Source of the DNA: Candidatus Caldarchaeales archaeon | Lineage (GTDB): Archaea > Thermoproteota > Nitrososphaeria_A > Caldarchaeales > Calditenuaceae | Assembly: GCA_039630085.1 (NCBI GenBank) | Contig: JBCNVM010000005.1 | Span: forward strand, 36,587-100,586 | Reading direction: 5' to 3' | DNA: 64,000 bases | Part shown: positions 55,283 through 64,000 of the stretch, piece after piece | How positions within the stretch are numbered: position 1 is the first letter of the stretch | How the letters are laid out: each line of letters starts with the position of its first letter | Notes under the pieces: model-generated | Told to the model about the DNA's origin: nothing | The model's database searches: none | What the model saw: only the letters and a program-made list of their open reading frames with translations | Made by a program: the position numbers and the translations under genes

Positions 55283-56370
55283 GAGACCGCGTATTCCGAG
55301 TAGTCGAACCTCGTCAGCCTCTCCGGTCCCCTCTCCGTTACCAGCAGCGTGTCCTCGACCCTTATCCCCCAACGACCCTTGATGTAAACGCCGGGCTCGC
55401 AGGTGACCACCATGTTGGCGGCCAGCTTCTCCGAGCTCGTCGGCGACATCCTCGGAGGCTCGTGGACGTCCAGTCCAATGCCGTGCCCGAGGCTGTGGGT
55501 GAAGTGCTCCGAGAGCGCGTGCTCCCCGAGCTTGTTCCTCGCTACCGCGTCCGGGTAGCCGCAGAGCGTCTCGGGCTTGATGTACTGCTCCGCGGCCTCC
55601 TTCGCGGCGACGACCGCCTCGTAGGCGGAGGCGAACTGGGAGTCCGGCCTGCCGATGAAGAAGGTCCTCGTGATGTCGGAGTGGTAACCCTCAACGACCG
55701 CTCCCAGGTCTATCACGACCGCGTCTCCCTCCCTCAGTGCCCTGTCGTGCTCTCCGGGCCTCTGAATCGGGCCGTGCGGCAGAGCTGACCTCGGTCCCGA
55801 GGCGATGATCACGTCGAAGGCCAGCCTCTCTCCGCCCGACCTGTAGACCTCAGCCGCGACCTCCGCCTTCACCTCGTTCTCGGTGATCCCGGGGTAGAGG
55901 GTCTCGAAGGCAGCCCTCATCGCCCTGTCGGCGACCTCGCAGGCCCTTCTTATCGCGCCGATCTCCTCCTCGTCCTTGATCTCCCTCAGCTCCCAGACGA
56001 CGCTCATGCCGGGCCTCAGCTCCGCCGGAGCCAGAAGCCCAGCGAGGAACCTGTGGTCGTCGAGGGACATCTCGTCGACCGCCGTGACCCCTCCGACGCT
56101 CCCGACCGTCTCCGCCACCACGACGTTGAACCGCTCGTCGATCCTGGTTGCAACGATCTCCAGGAAGTCCGGAGCGTAGGTCTCGGCGGCGATCCTAGAG
56201 AGCGGGGGCACGAAGAGGGTCGGGCTCTTCTTGGTCGAGACCAGCAGGGCCGCAGGGCCGTCGATGCCCGCGAAGTAGACGAGGTTAGACCGCCCCGTGA
56301 TGAGGAAGTTGTCGATGCCGTGGACCCTCATCAGCGTCAACAGCTTCTCGACACGTTCCTTGCGCCTCAC
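55279..56370 (-). CDS. Xaa-Pro aminopeptidase/prolidase (M24)
   Basis: R.IKD.EEI, SALPH, D.G....GY.SDITRT, HSLGHGIGLDVHE, EPGVY, G.RVED. Confidence 0.93.
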   Translation of the reverse strand: MRRKERVEKLLTLMRVHGIDNFLITGRSNLVYFAGIDGPAALLVSTKKSPTLFVPPLSRIAAETYAPDFLEIVATRIDERFNVVVAETVGSVGGVTAVDEMSLDDHRFLAGLLAPAELRPGMSVVWELREIKDEEEIGAIRRACEVADRAMRAAFETLYPGITENEVKAEVAAEVYRSGGERLAFDVIIASGPRSALPHGPIQRPGEHDRALREGDAVVIDLGAVVEGYHSDITRTFFIGRPDSQFASAYEAVVAAKEAAEQYIKPETLCGYPDAVARNKLGEHALSEHFTHSLGHGIGLDVHEPPRMSPTSSEKLAANMVVTCEPGVYIKGRWGIRVEDTLLVTERGPERLTRFDYSEYAVS

Positions 56371-56510
56371 GCCTCGCCGTTCGCCTGCGCCTCATTAAAG
56401 CGCTTCTCGACAGGCCGCCCTCGCACCTCACGGCCTTGAGCTGGCTCGAGACCGGGTGAGCCCCGACTCGGCGAGACGTTTATCCCTAGCGGAGCAGGTC
56501 AATGGATAGT

Positions 56511-56623
56511 GCGGGGGTAGCCAAGCGGACAAAGGCGGCGGGCTTAAGATCGGGGGTTGCTGGCCAGAGCGATAGGAGACCCGTTCCCGTAGGGGTTCGT
56601 GGGTTCGAATCCCACCCCCCGCA
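56511..56623 (+). tRNA. tRNA-Leu(TAA) with a 30-nt intron (56549-56578) at position 37/38
   Basis: Acceptor GCGGGGG/CCCCCGC; anticodon TAA 56545-47; bulge-helix-bulge (CTTA/TAGG helix, AGA bulges); long variable arm; GGTTCGAATCC. Confidence 0.95.
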
Positions 56624-57144
56624 TTCGGACCCAGGCGGCCGAGGGTCTTTGAGATCGGCCGTCGAACCACAGTTCGAACTGGGCGCGAGTTCGGACGCCC
56701 GCGGATCGGTGCTCAGCGTAGGCGGCGAGTCGGGTCCGTTCGCGAACTCTCTGCAGATCTGCGTGGGAACGCGTCGAGGCAGTCCGCAACTCAGCTCATC
56801 GTTCGGTCGTTTACTGGGCTGACCCTGACATTTACGCATACGCTGGTGTGGCGTACCGGCAGGTCGTCATGCCCGTCTGAACTCGTACTCCGGCGCGCCC
56901 CCCGAGACGTTCGATCTGCAGAACCGCAATCGTGGATGACGGCTCACATCGCCAATACTCGACCGCGTTACCTGATCGCGTCGCGAGTTCTTCGGGCTGT
57001 CTTTCCATGATCTCGCGGACTCCGCTCTCCAGCCCACGCCCCACACAATGCTCTCCGACCGGAAACCCTACCGCTTTCTCAATTCCCGTCGATTAGCTGC
57101 CGAGTCCTGAATGATCCGTCGCCGGGACCTGAGCCCTCACGTGG

Positions 57145-57230
57145 TGTATGAATTTGTATACATGATTATACAAAGCGAATACAGTTACATCAGGAATTCC
57201 GGTTTATTAGAAAATTCGGATAATCTACTG
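57145..57230 (+). promoter_or_regulatory. AT-rich promoter/operator of the sulfur operon with perfect inverted repeat TTTGTATA-N6-TATACAAA (57153-57174)
   Basis: The palindrome is read directly from the sequence; two imperfect ATYAG-N6-CGGWT copies follow. Confidence 0.6.
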
Positions 57231-57235
57231 CTGCG

Positions 57236-57748
57236 GTGACCGGAATGGGAACCGTTCAGGTTTCGGGGATGGAGAGGGAAGCCGAGAAGGGCGCGGGCAA
57301 GATCTCGATCATCCTCTCGAAGGGGAGCCTCGACATGGCCTACCCGGCGTTCATTATAGCGCAGGCTGCGGCGGCGATGGGGATGGAGGTCCACGTCTTC
57401 GTGACGTTCTGGGGCTTCGACGCGATCAGGAGGGACAGGGTCAACGCGCTCAAGCTCTCGCCGGTCGGGAACACGTCGCTCGGGATGCCGAACATCCTCG
57501 CGGTATTGCCCGGGATGACGGCCCTCGCCACCAAGATGATGAAGGGGAGGATGGCGAAGCACAACGTCCCGGACCTCTATCAGCTGATCAAGCAGGCGAA
57601 GGAGCTTGGCGTGAAGATACACGCGTGCTCGACGACGATGGCGGTCCTCGGGCTGAAGGAGGGCGACCTGATACCTGAGGTCGACGACGTGGTCGGAGCC
57701 GCGACGTTCCTCCAGCTCTCAGAGGGAGGTCAGGTGGTCTTCATTTGA
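57236..57748 (+). CDS. DsrE/DsrE2-like sulfur-relay protein
   Basis: G.LDMAYP..I.A..AAAMG.EV..F.TFWG, IHACSTTM, VGAATFL. The start may be ATG 57269. Confidence 0.88.
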   Translation: MTGMGTVQVSGMEREAEKGAGKISIILSKGSLDMAYPAFIIAQAAAAMGMEVHVFVTFWGFDAIRRDRVNALKLSPVGNTSLGMPNILAVLPGMTALATKMMKGRMAKHNVPDLYQLIKQAKELGVKIHACSTTMAVLGLKEGDLIPEVDDVVGAATFLQLSEGGQVVFI

Positions 57749-57978
57749 GGAGGGTCGTGGACGCTAGGGGGAGCTTCTGCCCGGGGCCCCTGACGGAGCT
57801 GATCAAGGCCTACAGGTCGGCCGAAGTGGGCGACGAGATTGAGCTCCTCGCGACGGACCCGGGCGCGAAGAGCGACGTCTCCGCTTGGGCTAAGAAGAGC
57901 GGGAACGAGGTCCTCGAGATCAAGGACGAGCAGGGCTACTTCAGGATAGTCGTCAAAGTGGTGAGGAAGGGGAGATGA
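57745..57978 (+). CDS. tusA: Sulfur carrier TusA-family protein
   Basis: VDARG..CPGP, LATDPGA..DV..W. Confidence 0.92.
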   Translation: MRRVVDARGSFCPGPLTELIKAYRSAEVGDEIELLATDPGAKSDVSAWAKKSGNEVLEIKDEQGYFRIVVKVVRKGR

Positions 57979-59240
57979 CGCCGAAGAGGGTCGTCGTAGT
58001 GGGAGGGGGCACCGGCGGGACGCTGCTGGCGAACAAGCTCGCCTCGTTGCTGAAGGCCGAGGTCTCCTCGGGGAGGGTCGAGGTCCACCTCTTCGCGGAC
58101 TCGGCGGAGCACGTCTTCTCGCCGGGGAACATCGACATCGCCTTCAGGGGCACGGACCCGAGGTCCTTCAGGAGGCCCGAGAGGGAACTGCTGGACAGGA
58201 GGGTCCTGCTCCACGAGAGGGCCGTTGAGCGGATTGACCTCAACGAGAGGGCGGTCCACTTCGACTCGGAGAGGCTGAGCTACGACTACTTGGTCATCGC
58301 GACCGGCTCTTTCGCGAGGCCGGACGTCATCAAGGGGCTGAAGGAGGCCTCGTACAACTTCCACACGGGTCAGGAGGACGCGAGGAGGACGTGGGATGCG
58401 CTCGAGCGTTTCAGCGGCGGCAGGATACTGGTCCTGACCAACATACCTCACAAGTGTCCGCCCTCTCCGGTCGAGGCGGCCTTCTTGGTCGAGGAGCTCA
58501 TGAGGAAGAGGGGGATCAGGGAGAGGGTCGAGGTCTCGTTCGCCACTCCCTACGCGAGGGCCTACCCGGCCGCCGCGATAGCCGAGGTCGTCGAGCCGCT
58601 GATGGAGGAGAGGGGGATAAGGCTCTACACGATGTTCAACACAGACTACGTCGACCCGAAGGAGAAGAAGGTCTACTCGCTGGAGGGCGAGGAGATCGGG
58701 TTCGACCTCCTGATCACCGTCCCGCCCCACAGGGGAGCCGAGGTGGTCTTCAGGTCCGAGATCGGGGACGAGGAGGGGTGGGTTCCGGCTGACAGGGAGA
58801 CGCTGAGGCACCCGAAGTCCGACGACGTTTACGCGATCGGCGACGCGACGAGCATCCCGATCTCGAAGTCCGGCGTCGTCGCGCACCTCGAGGCGATAGT
58901 CGCCGCGGAGAACATCGCGTCCGACTACCTCGGGACCGGGAAGGTCTACTGCTACACGGGGAGGATCAACTGCCCGCTCGAGCTGGGAGGGAGGAGGGCG
59001 GTCTTCGTCGCTGCGACCTACGAGAGGCCGCCTGCGCGCCAGAACCCCTCGCTGCTGAAGTACCTGATGAAGAGGGCCTTCCCCGCGGTCTACTGGGAGA
59101 TGCTGAGGGGCAGGGTGGACCCGGTCTTCGACTTCTACCTCGGGAAGCCGTACAGGGTGAAGAGCGTTGGTAGGGACCTGAGGGGTCCTGCGACCAGGTC
59201 GCGGAGTTCCTGGCGGCCCTCTCGCACCCCAAGAGGCTGA
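57975..59240 (+). CDS. sqr: Sulfide:quinone oxidoreductase-like flavoprotein
   Basis: GGGTGG, YDYLVIATG, KCPPSPVE, PPH, YAIGDA...P.SKSG, second Cys in INCP. The true stop is probably TGA 59179-81 (see findings). Confidence 0.82.
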   Translation: MTPKRVVVVGGGTGGTLLANKLASLLKAEVSSGRVEVHLFADSAEHVFSPGNIDIAFRGTDPRSFRRPERELLDRRVLLHERAVERIDLNERAVHFDSERLSYDYLVIATGSFARPDVIKGLKEASYNFHTGQEDARRTWDALERFSGGRILVLTNIPHKCPPSPVEAAFLVEELMRKRGIRERVEVSFATPYARAYPAAAIAEVVEPLMEERGIRLYTMFNTDYVDPKEKKVYSLEGEEIGFDLLITVPPHRGAEVVFRSEIGDEEGWVPADRETLRHPKSDDVYAIGDATSIPISKSGVVAHLEAIVAAENIASDYLGTGKVYCYTGRINCPLELGGRRAVFVAATYERPPARQNPSLLKYLMKRAFPAVYWEMLRGRVDPVFDFYLGKPYRVKSVGRDLRGPATRSRSSWRPSRTPRG

Positions 59241-59503
59241 AGCTCCTCTCGGTCCTGAGGGAAGGGTCGAGGGCCGTCACAGAGCTCGCGAGGGCAGTAG
59301 GGCTGTCGCAGTCCGCCACGTCCCAGCACCTGCAGGTCCTGAGGGGCCTCGGGATAGTCGAGGTGACAAGGACGGGGAACATGAGCTACTACTCGATAGC
59401 TGACCAGCGGGTCCTCCAGCTCTGCAGGCTCGCGCAGGAGATCGTTTCCGAGAGGGCCAGGCTGATCAGCGAGAGCGTGAGCGCCGTCAGGTTCGAGCCC
59501 TGA
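59167..59503 (+). pseudogene. ArsR/SmtB-family regulator, apparently frameshifted near its start (missed by the ORF track)
   Basis: The frame from 59174 reads GPEGSCDQVAEFLAALSHPKRLKLL...VTELA..VGLSQSATSQHLQVLR..GIV...R.G...YYS; no in-frame ATG/GTG/TTG precedes the domain. Confidence 0.85.
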
Positions 59504-59601
59504 GCCTCCACCCGAAATTCCAATTCCCTTTGTTTTCTGAGTAATCGGTAGGTCGCGGCAGGGGGCAATCCCTAATTCCGGCCTGACCTACGGACGTTCG
59601 G

Positions 59602-60942
59602 ATGTCGAGGCCGGCGAGGCAGCTGCCCTGGGCCGAGAAGTACAGGCCGAGGAGGGTGTCGGAGCTCGTGGGGAATAAGGACGCAGTCGAGGAGTTCGTG
59701 AGGTGGATGAGGGAATGGGAGTCAGGGCGGGTGCCGGAGCGGAGGGCGGCCTTCCTCCACGGACCTCCGGGGACCGGGAAGACCTCTCTGGTGCTTGCGT
59801 ACGCGGAGGAGCACGGCTACGACCTCGTTCAGGTGAACGCCAGCGACAGGAGAACTCCCGAGGCCCTTCAAGAGGTCCTAGGGCACGCGGTCTCCTCCAG
59901 GACGGTCTTCGGGGGGAGGCGGATGGTCCTCGTCGACGAGGTCGAGGGCGCGGTCCTCGCGGCCGAGTCGGGAACGGCGGATGTGCTCGGGTCGCTGATC
60001 GAAATGACGTCGGTCCCCGTGGTCCTGACCGCGAACGACGTCTGGGAGCCCGGCGTCGCGCCCCTCAGGGAGAGGTGTCTCCTCATCGGGTTCAAGAGGC
60101 TGAGGCCGAAGGAGATCGCGGAGAGGCTGAGGGAGATCGCGAGGAGGGAGGGGCTCAGCGTCGATGACGGTCTGATAGCGGCGATTGCGGAGAGGGCGAG
60201 GGGCGACATGAGGGCCGCGATCAACGACCTCCAGGCCACGGCGATGCTCGGGGGCAACCAAGGGGCGCTAGATGCGATGCAGCCGAGGGACGTGGAGCTG
60301 AACGTCTTCGAGCTGATGGCAAGAATCTTCGGCGCGAAGAGGCTCGCGGACGGCCGCGGAGTCCTGACGAACTCGGACCTCGATCCCGAGACGGTGCTGA
60401 CCTGGGCCCTCGACAACGTCCAGACCCAGATCCGGGACCCTAAGGCGCTCGAGGAGGCCTACAGGGTCCTCGCGGACGCGGACCTCCACCTTAGGAGGGC
60501 GACGAGGTTCCAGAGGTGGGAGCTGATGAAGTACGGGACGGTTTTGCTCTCGGCGGGGCCGGGCGTGGTGAGGGCCGCGACCGGCGAGAAGGGAGGGAGG
60601 TTCGAGTTCCCGTCGAGGATCAGGTTCCTCCAGCAGACGCGGGCCGAGAGGGAGGCTACAAGGTCGGTCCTGGCGAAGGTCGCCTCGAGGACGCACATGT
60701 CCACCTCGAAGGCCGCGACCGAGTTCGTCCCGTACCTGAGGCTGATGCTGAAGTCCGGGGACATGAAGGTGGCGAGAGCCCTCGGCCTGACCGAGAGGGA
60801 GGTCCAGGTGCTGGCCGCGAGGGCGCCGGAGCTCGGGGCTAAGCCACCGGAGGCCGTGCGGGAGGAGAGGGCCGAGGCCGAGGAGGAGCGGAGGCCCAAG
60901 TCGAGGGCGGCTGTCAGGGCTCGTCGCGCTCGCCGTGGGTGA
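59602..60942 (+). CDS. rfcL: Replication factor C large subunit
   Basis: PWAEKYRP, GPPGTGKT, NASD.R, DEVE, AND, GDMRAAINDL, H.S..K. Confidence 0.95.
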   Translation: MSRPARQLPWAEKYRPRRVSELVGNKDAVEEFVRWMREWESGRVPERRAAFLHGPPGTGKTSLVLAYAEEHGYDLVQVNASDRRTPEALQEVLGHAVSSRTVFGGRRMVLVDEVEGAVLAAESGTADVLGSLIEMTSVPVVLTANDVWEPGVAPLRERCLLIGFKRLRPKEIAERLREIARREGLSVDDGLIAAIAERARGDMRAAINDLQATAMLGGNQGALDAMQPRDVELNVFELMARIFGAKRLADGRGVLTNSDLDPETVLTWALDNVQTQIRDPKALEEAYRVLADADLHLRRATRFQRWELMKYGTVLLSAGPGVVRAATGEKGGRFEFPSRIRFLQQTRAEREATRSVLAKVASRTHMSTSKAATEFVPYLRLMLKSGDMKVARALGLTEREVQVLAARAPELGAKPPEAVREERAEAEEERRPKSRAAVRARRARRG

Positions 60943-62104
60943 ACGCCCTCCCCTTCCTCAGGATCGCCTCGAGCTCCCTGCTCAGTATCGAGGCCGGGAT
61001 TTCGGGGAGCGTGATGTAGCTCCTCCTACCCCTGATCCCCTCGCTCTGGACCCTGATCCTGATGAAGCCTAGGTCCTCTAACTTCTGGAGGATCTCCCAG
61101 AACCTCGTGTAGGCCTTCGGCATCGCGCCGTTCTCCTCGCAGACCAGCGCGTAGAGCCTGTTGAGCTGGGAGGCGGTCACGGAGGGCGAGTCGTTCGATT
61201 GGAAGAACCTCGCGACCGCGAGGAGGACGAGCTTCTCGTGGAGCGAGAGGTAGTGGAGGCTCTCCCTCCTGATCGCGGGGTAGATGCTCGCGGCGGCCCT
61301 CCTGACATGCTCGGCGGTGACTCTCGGGGACCCGTCCCGCTCCGCGAACTTCCCTGCCCTCCAGAGGACCTCGATCGCGTACCTCGCGTCCCCCCTCTCC
61401 CCCGCCTGGTCGACGATCGCCTCGATCGCCTCCTCGGTCACGACGCCCTCGTAGAAGGCCTCCGAGGCCCTGAAGGCCACGATGTCCCTGAGCTGGCCCG
61501 CGGTATACTCGGAGAGGTGGACCGCGTTGGTGACGAACATCGTCCTGGTCCCTGCGTCGAAGACGTTCAGGCCTTCAAGCCCCCTCATGACCAGGAGCAG
61601 GGAGATCCTCGAACCCTCGGACCTCTCCTCCCCGATCCTCGCGAGGTAGTAGACCGCGTCTTGCTCCTCCCTGATCAGGACGTCGGCCTCGTCGAGCGTC
61701 AGGATCAGCGAAATCCCCTCCCTGTCGAGGTAGGTCGTGAGGTTGTGGAGGATCTCCTCGTTGGCCAGGCCCCTGGACGGAAGCCCGATCCCGAGGGACT
61801 CGATCGTCCTCTTGAGGACCGAGAAGAGGGTCCTGTGGATCCTGCAGTTGACGTGGACGTGCCTCAGGAGCGCCCCCGATTTCCTCGCGATCTCCTCTGC
61901 CTTCGCGCCGAAGAGCTTCGAGAGCGCGGTCTTCCCGGTCCCCGTCGGTCCCGTCAGGAGGGCCCTTACCTGGCCGGTCCTCCTCCCCGCGATGAAGGAC
62001 CCGAAGAGGGTGAGGAGGTGCTCGAGCTCGTCCTCCCTGTGCGGGAGCCTCGAGGGGACGTACTCGGGGGAGAGCCTGTCCTCGTCCCTGAAGACCCGGA
62101 CCAT
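60914..62104 (-). CDS. cdc6: Orc1/Cdc6 replication initiator
   Basis: VF.DE..LSPEYVP..LPHRE, GPTGTGKT, VNC, LDEAD, GDARYAI, C-terminal wHTH. The track start (62194) lies at the edge of a CRISPR repeat, so re-called at ATG 62104. Confidence 0.95.
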   Translation of the reverse strand: MVRVFRDEDRLSPEYVPSRLPHREDELEHLLTLFGSFIAGRRTGQVRALLTGPTGTGKTALSKLFGAKAEEIARKSGALLRHVHVNCRIHRTLFSVLKRTIESLGIGLPSRGLANEEILHNLTTYLDREGISLILTLDEADVLIREEQDAVYYLARIGEERSEGSRISLLLVMRGLEGLNVFDAGTRTMFVTNAVHLSEYTAGQLRDIVAFRASEAFYEGVVTEEAIEAIVDQAGERGDARYAIEVLWRAGKFAERDGSPRVTAEHVRRAAASIYPAIRRESLHYLSLHEKLVLLAVARFFQSNDSPSVTASQLNRLYALVCEENGAMPKAYTRFWEILQKLEDLGFIRIRVQSEGIRGRRSYITLPEIPASILSRELEAILRKGRAFTHGERDEP

Positions 62105-62168
62105 CCCGCTCTGCTCTGTAGTCGGGCCCTCGATAAAAGAGGTGGCGTCGAGGGTGAGCTGAAAGTGG

Positions 62169-63995
62169 ATTTCAAGCCTCTTCGTGAGGTTCAAACCCCG
62201 ATGCTCTCGCCGTCATTTTGATCTGGTAGCTCTTTCGATCCTCTTTGTGAGGTTCCGAGTTCTTCAGGGCATGGCAAGCGTTCCTGCAGGACCCGCTCTT
62301 TCAATCCTCTTCGTGAGGTTCCACGTCACCGTCGCAGGTACGGAATGTAAAGGGCAACTTTCAATCCTCTTCGTGAGGTTCGCGTTCGTGGTTAAGTATG
62401 ATGACGACTGATCGAGATATGTCTTTCAATCCTCTTCGTGAGGTTCGGTTTACCTACTTCAATACCAAGAACGAATCTCAAAGAACTTTCAATCCTCTTC
62501 GTGAGGTTCTCGAAAATTACGGACATTATTCTCCGAACGAGATAATAGTCTTTCAATCCTCTTCGTGAGGTTCAGAGAGCTATCATCCTTGATATTGGTG
62601 GCCGTTATGATGCTTTCAATCCTCTTCGTGAGGTTCTAATAATTTCGGGCCCAGTGCTGCAATCGGCATATTATATCTTTCAATCCTCTTCGTGAGGTTC
62701 CCTGCTTGAGGCGCGGGGTAGAGCGAAGAATGAATTCGTCTGCTTTCAATCCTCTTCGTGAGGTTCTCGCCGTGCGTGGGCCCTTCTGAGCGGGAAATTC
62801 CTCGCCTTTCAATCCTCTTCGTGAGGTTCGTGGTTCATGAAGAGACCGCTAATGGTAGCGGCGGTAGCTGCCTTTCAATCCTCTTCGTGAGGTTCCTTTG
62901 ACCTAGGCCGCGCCCTTCTCTCCTCGAGAGGCGCTCTTTCAATCCTCTTCGTGAGGTTCATTCAGGTGGAGGGAGGCATCATCGATGACGACCAGACTTT
63001 CAATCCTCTTCGTGAGGTTCTCGACGAATGGGGGAGATACATGATCGAGAACAACAGTTCCTTCTTTCAATCCTCTTCGTGAGGTTCCCATCTAATTTCG
63101 AGTTAACGCTCGACACGCCTCCTACTTTCAATCCTCTTCGTGAGGTTCGCGGTACCGGAAAAACCGGTTAGAATTCCTGAACGGTGGTGGCCCTTTCAAT
63201 CCTCTTCGTGAGGTTCCATGGATCTTCGATTATCAAGACAACACAGACTGTGCCCCTAACGTCCTTTCAATCCTCTTCGTGAGGTTCCCTAGCGGCTTCA
63301 TGCAAAATTGCCCCTGCACATGGACATCTTTCAATCCTCTTCGTGAGGTTCGCCTGATAATCATCTGGGTCGTGCTGTGGAGGTGAGATCTTTCAATCCT
63401 CTTCGTGAGGTTCCCGCGGTTCACGCCGCGGGCGCGCAACCCGTAAGCCCACGCTTTCAATCCTCTTCGTGAGGTTCTGCACGCGATTCCCAGACTACCT
63501 TCACTCCTCGTGGGCTTACTTTCAATCCTCTTCGTGAGGTTCATAGAAGTGCGCGATCGAGTCCCACGCGATCTCGCTCCTTTCAATCCTCTTCGTGAGG
63601 TTCTCAGTGACGATGGAAAATGATACTTCGCCCACTCCTCACCTGCTTTCAATCCTCTTCGTGAGGTTCGCGAACATGGCCCCCCTCGTGACTGCGATTT
63701 ATCTCATAAACGCTTTCAATCCTCTTCGTGAGGTTCGTAGGGGCGATGTGCGTGATATTCCATGCCGACCGTTACCTTTCAATCCTCTTCGTGAGGTTCT
63801 CGCATCGGCAAGCCGTTGTTTCGCCTGCCGATCGTCAGCGCTTTCAATCCTCTTCGTGAGGTTCCCCGGCCGTGGGGGCTATGGCGCAAAATTGTGTATA
63901 AACGTCTTTCAATACTCTTCGTGAGGTTCCATACTCGTCTTCGCCGTGATCGTCGCGTTCTACCCGGTTTACTTTCAATCCTCTTCGTGAGGTTC
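62169..63995 (-). CRISPR. CRISPR array, 24-bp repeat CTTTCAATCCTCTTCGTGAGGTTC (+), 29 repeats and 28 complete spacers in the window, truncated at the right edge
   Basis: Repeats counted from 62169 to 63972; spacers about 36-47 nt. The two leftmost repeats are degenerate (trailer end), so the array is transcribed on the minus strand as GAACCTCACGAAGAGGATTGAAAG. One internal variant at 63906. No cas genes in the window. Confidence 0.99.
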
Positions 63996-64000
63996 CATGC

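Noticed and set aside
50960-56623. Unlinked 5S rRNA and the tRNA-Leu intron as novelties
   Set aside because: Both are normal for TACK archaea; the intron is at the canonical 37/38 site with a standard BHB motif.
56486-56839. ORFs overlapping tRNA-Leu, and 43564-43872 overlapping tRNA-Asp
   Set aside because: Spurious frames across tRNA genes.
59505-59600. CTCCACCCGAAAT resembling a mini-ORB upstream of rfcL
   Set aside because: Single short match with no repeated ORBs or extended AT-rich unwinding element; insufficient to call an origin.
62105-62194. 30-aa N-terminal extension of Cdc6 in the ORF track
   Set aside because: It starts at the edge of the terminal CRISPR repeat and reads through it; homology begins at Met 62104.
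62184-63924. ORFs 62184-62411, 63233-63652 and 63595-63924 with repeated LSILFVRF / NLTKRIE peptides
   Set aside because: Translations of CRISPR repeats, not proteins.

Overview
High-GC archaeal chromosome segment. Gene content points to a TACK archaeon, most plausibly Nitrososphaeria/Aigarchaeota (Caldarchaeales-like); this is inferred from SMC-ScpAB, AglB, Rpo4, a stand-alone 5S rRNA, archaeal PpcA and a thaumarchaeal-type NuoI. Most of the window is housekeeping: translation, RNA processing, ETF/FixABCX, lipid and amino-acid synthesis, condensin, RFC and Orc1/Cdc6. It also holds tRNA-Asp(GTC), an intron-containing tRNA-Leu(TAA), a 5S rRNA, a DsrE-TusA-SQR-ArsR sulfur operon with an apparent 1-nt frameshift, and a CRISPR array of at least 29 repeats that runs off the right edge directly upstream of cdc6. 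The main anomaly is a ~6 kb tailed-virus module at 28002-34054. It encodes a terminase large subunit, a probable small subunit, an ABC-ATPase/GNAT fusion, a head-tail adaptor, a tail-terminator-like protein, a holin-like protein, a Zn finger and two RHH regulators. Its ORFs look intact, translationally coupled and host-like in composition, yet I see no integrase, att sites, portal, capsid or replication genes. It is a candidate domesticated, gene-transfer-agent-like system, although a provirus remnant is not excluded. All calls are motif recognition by eye; no database searches were run.
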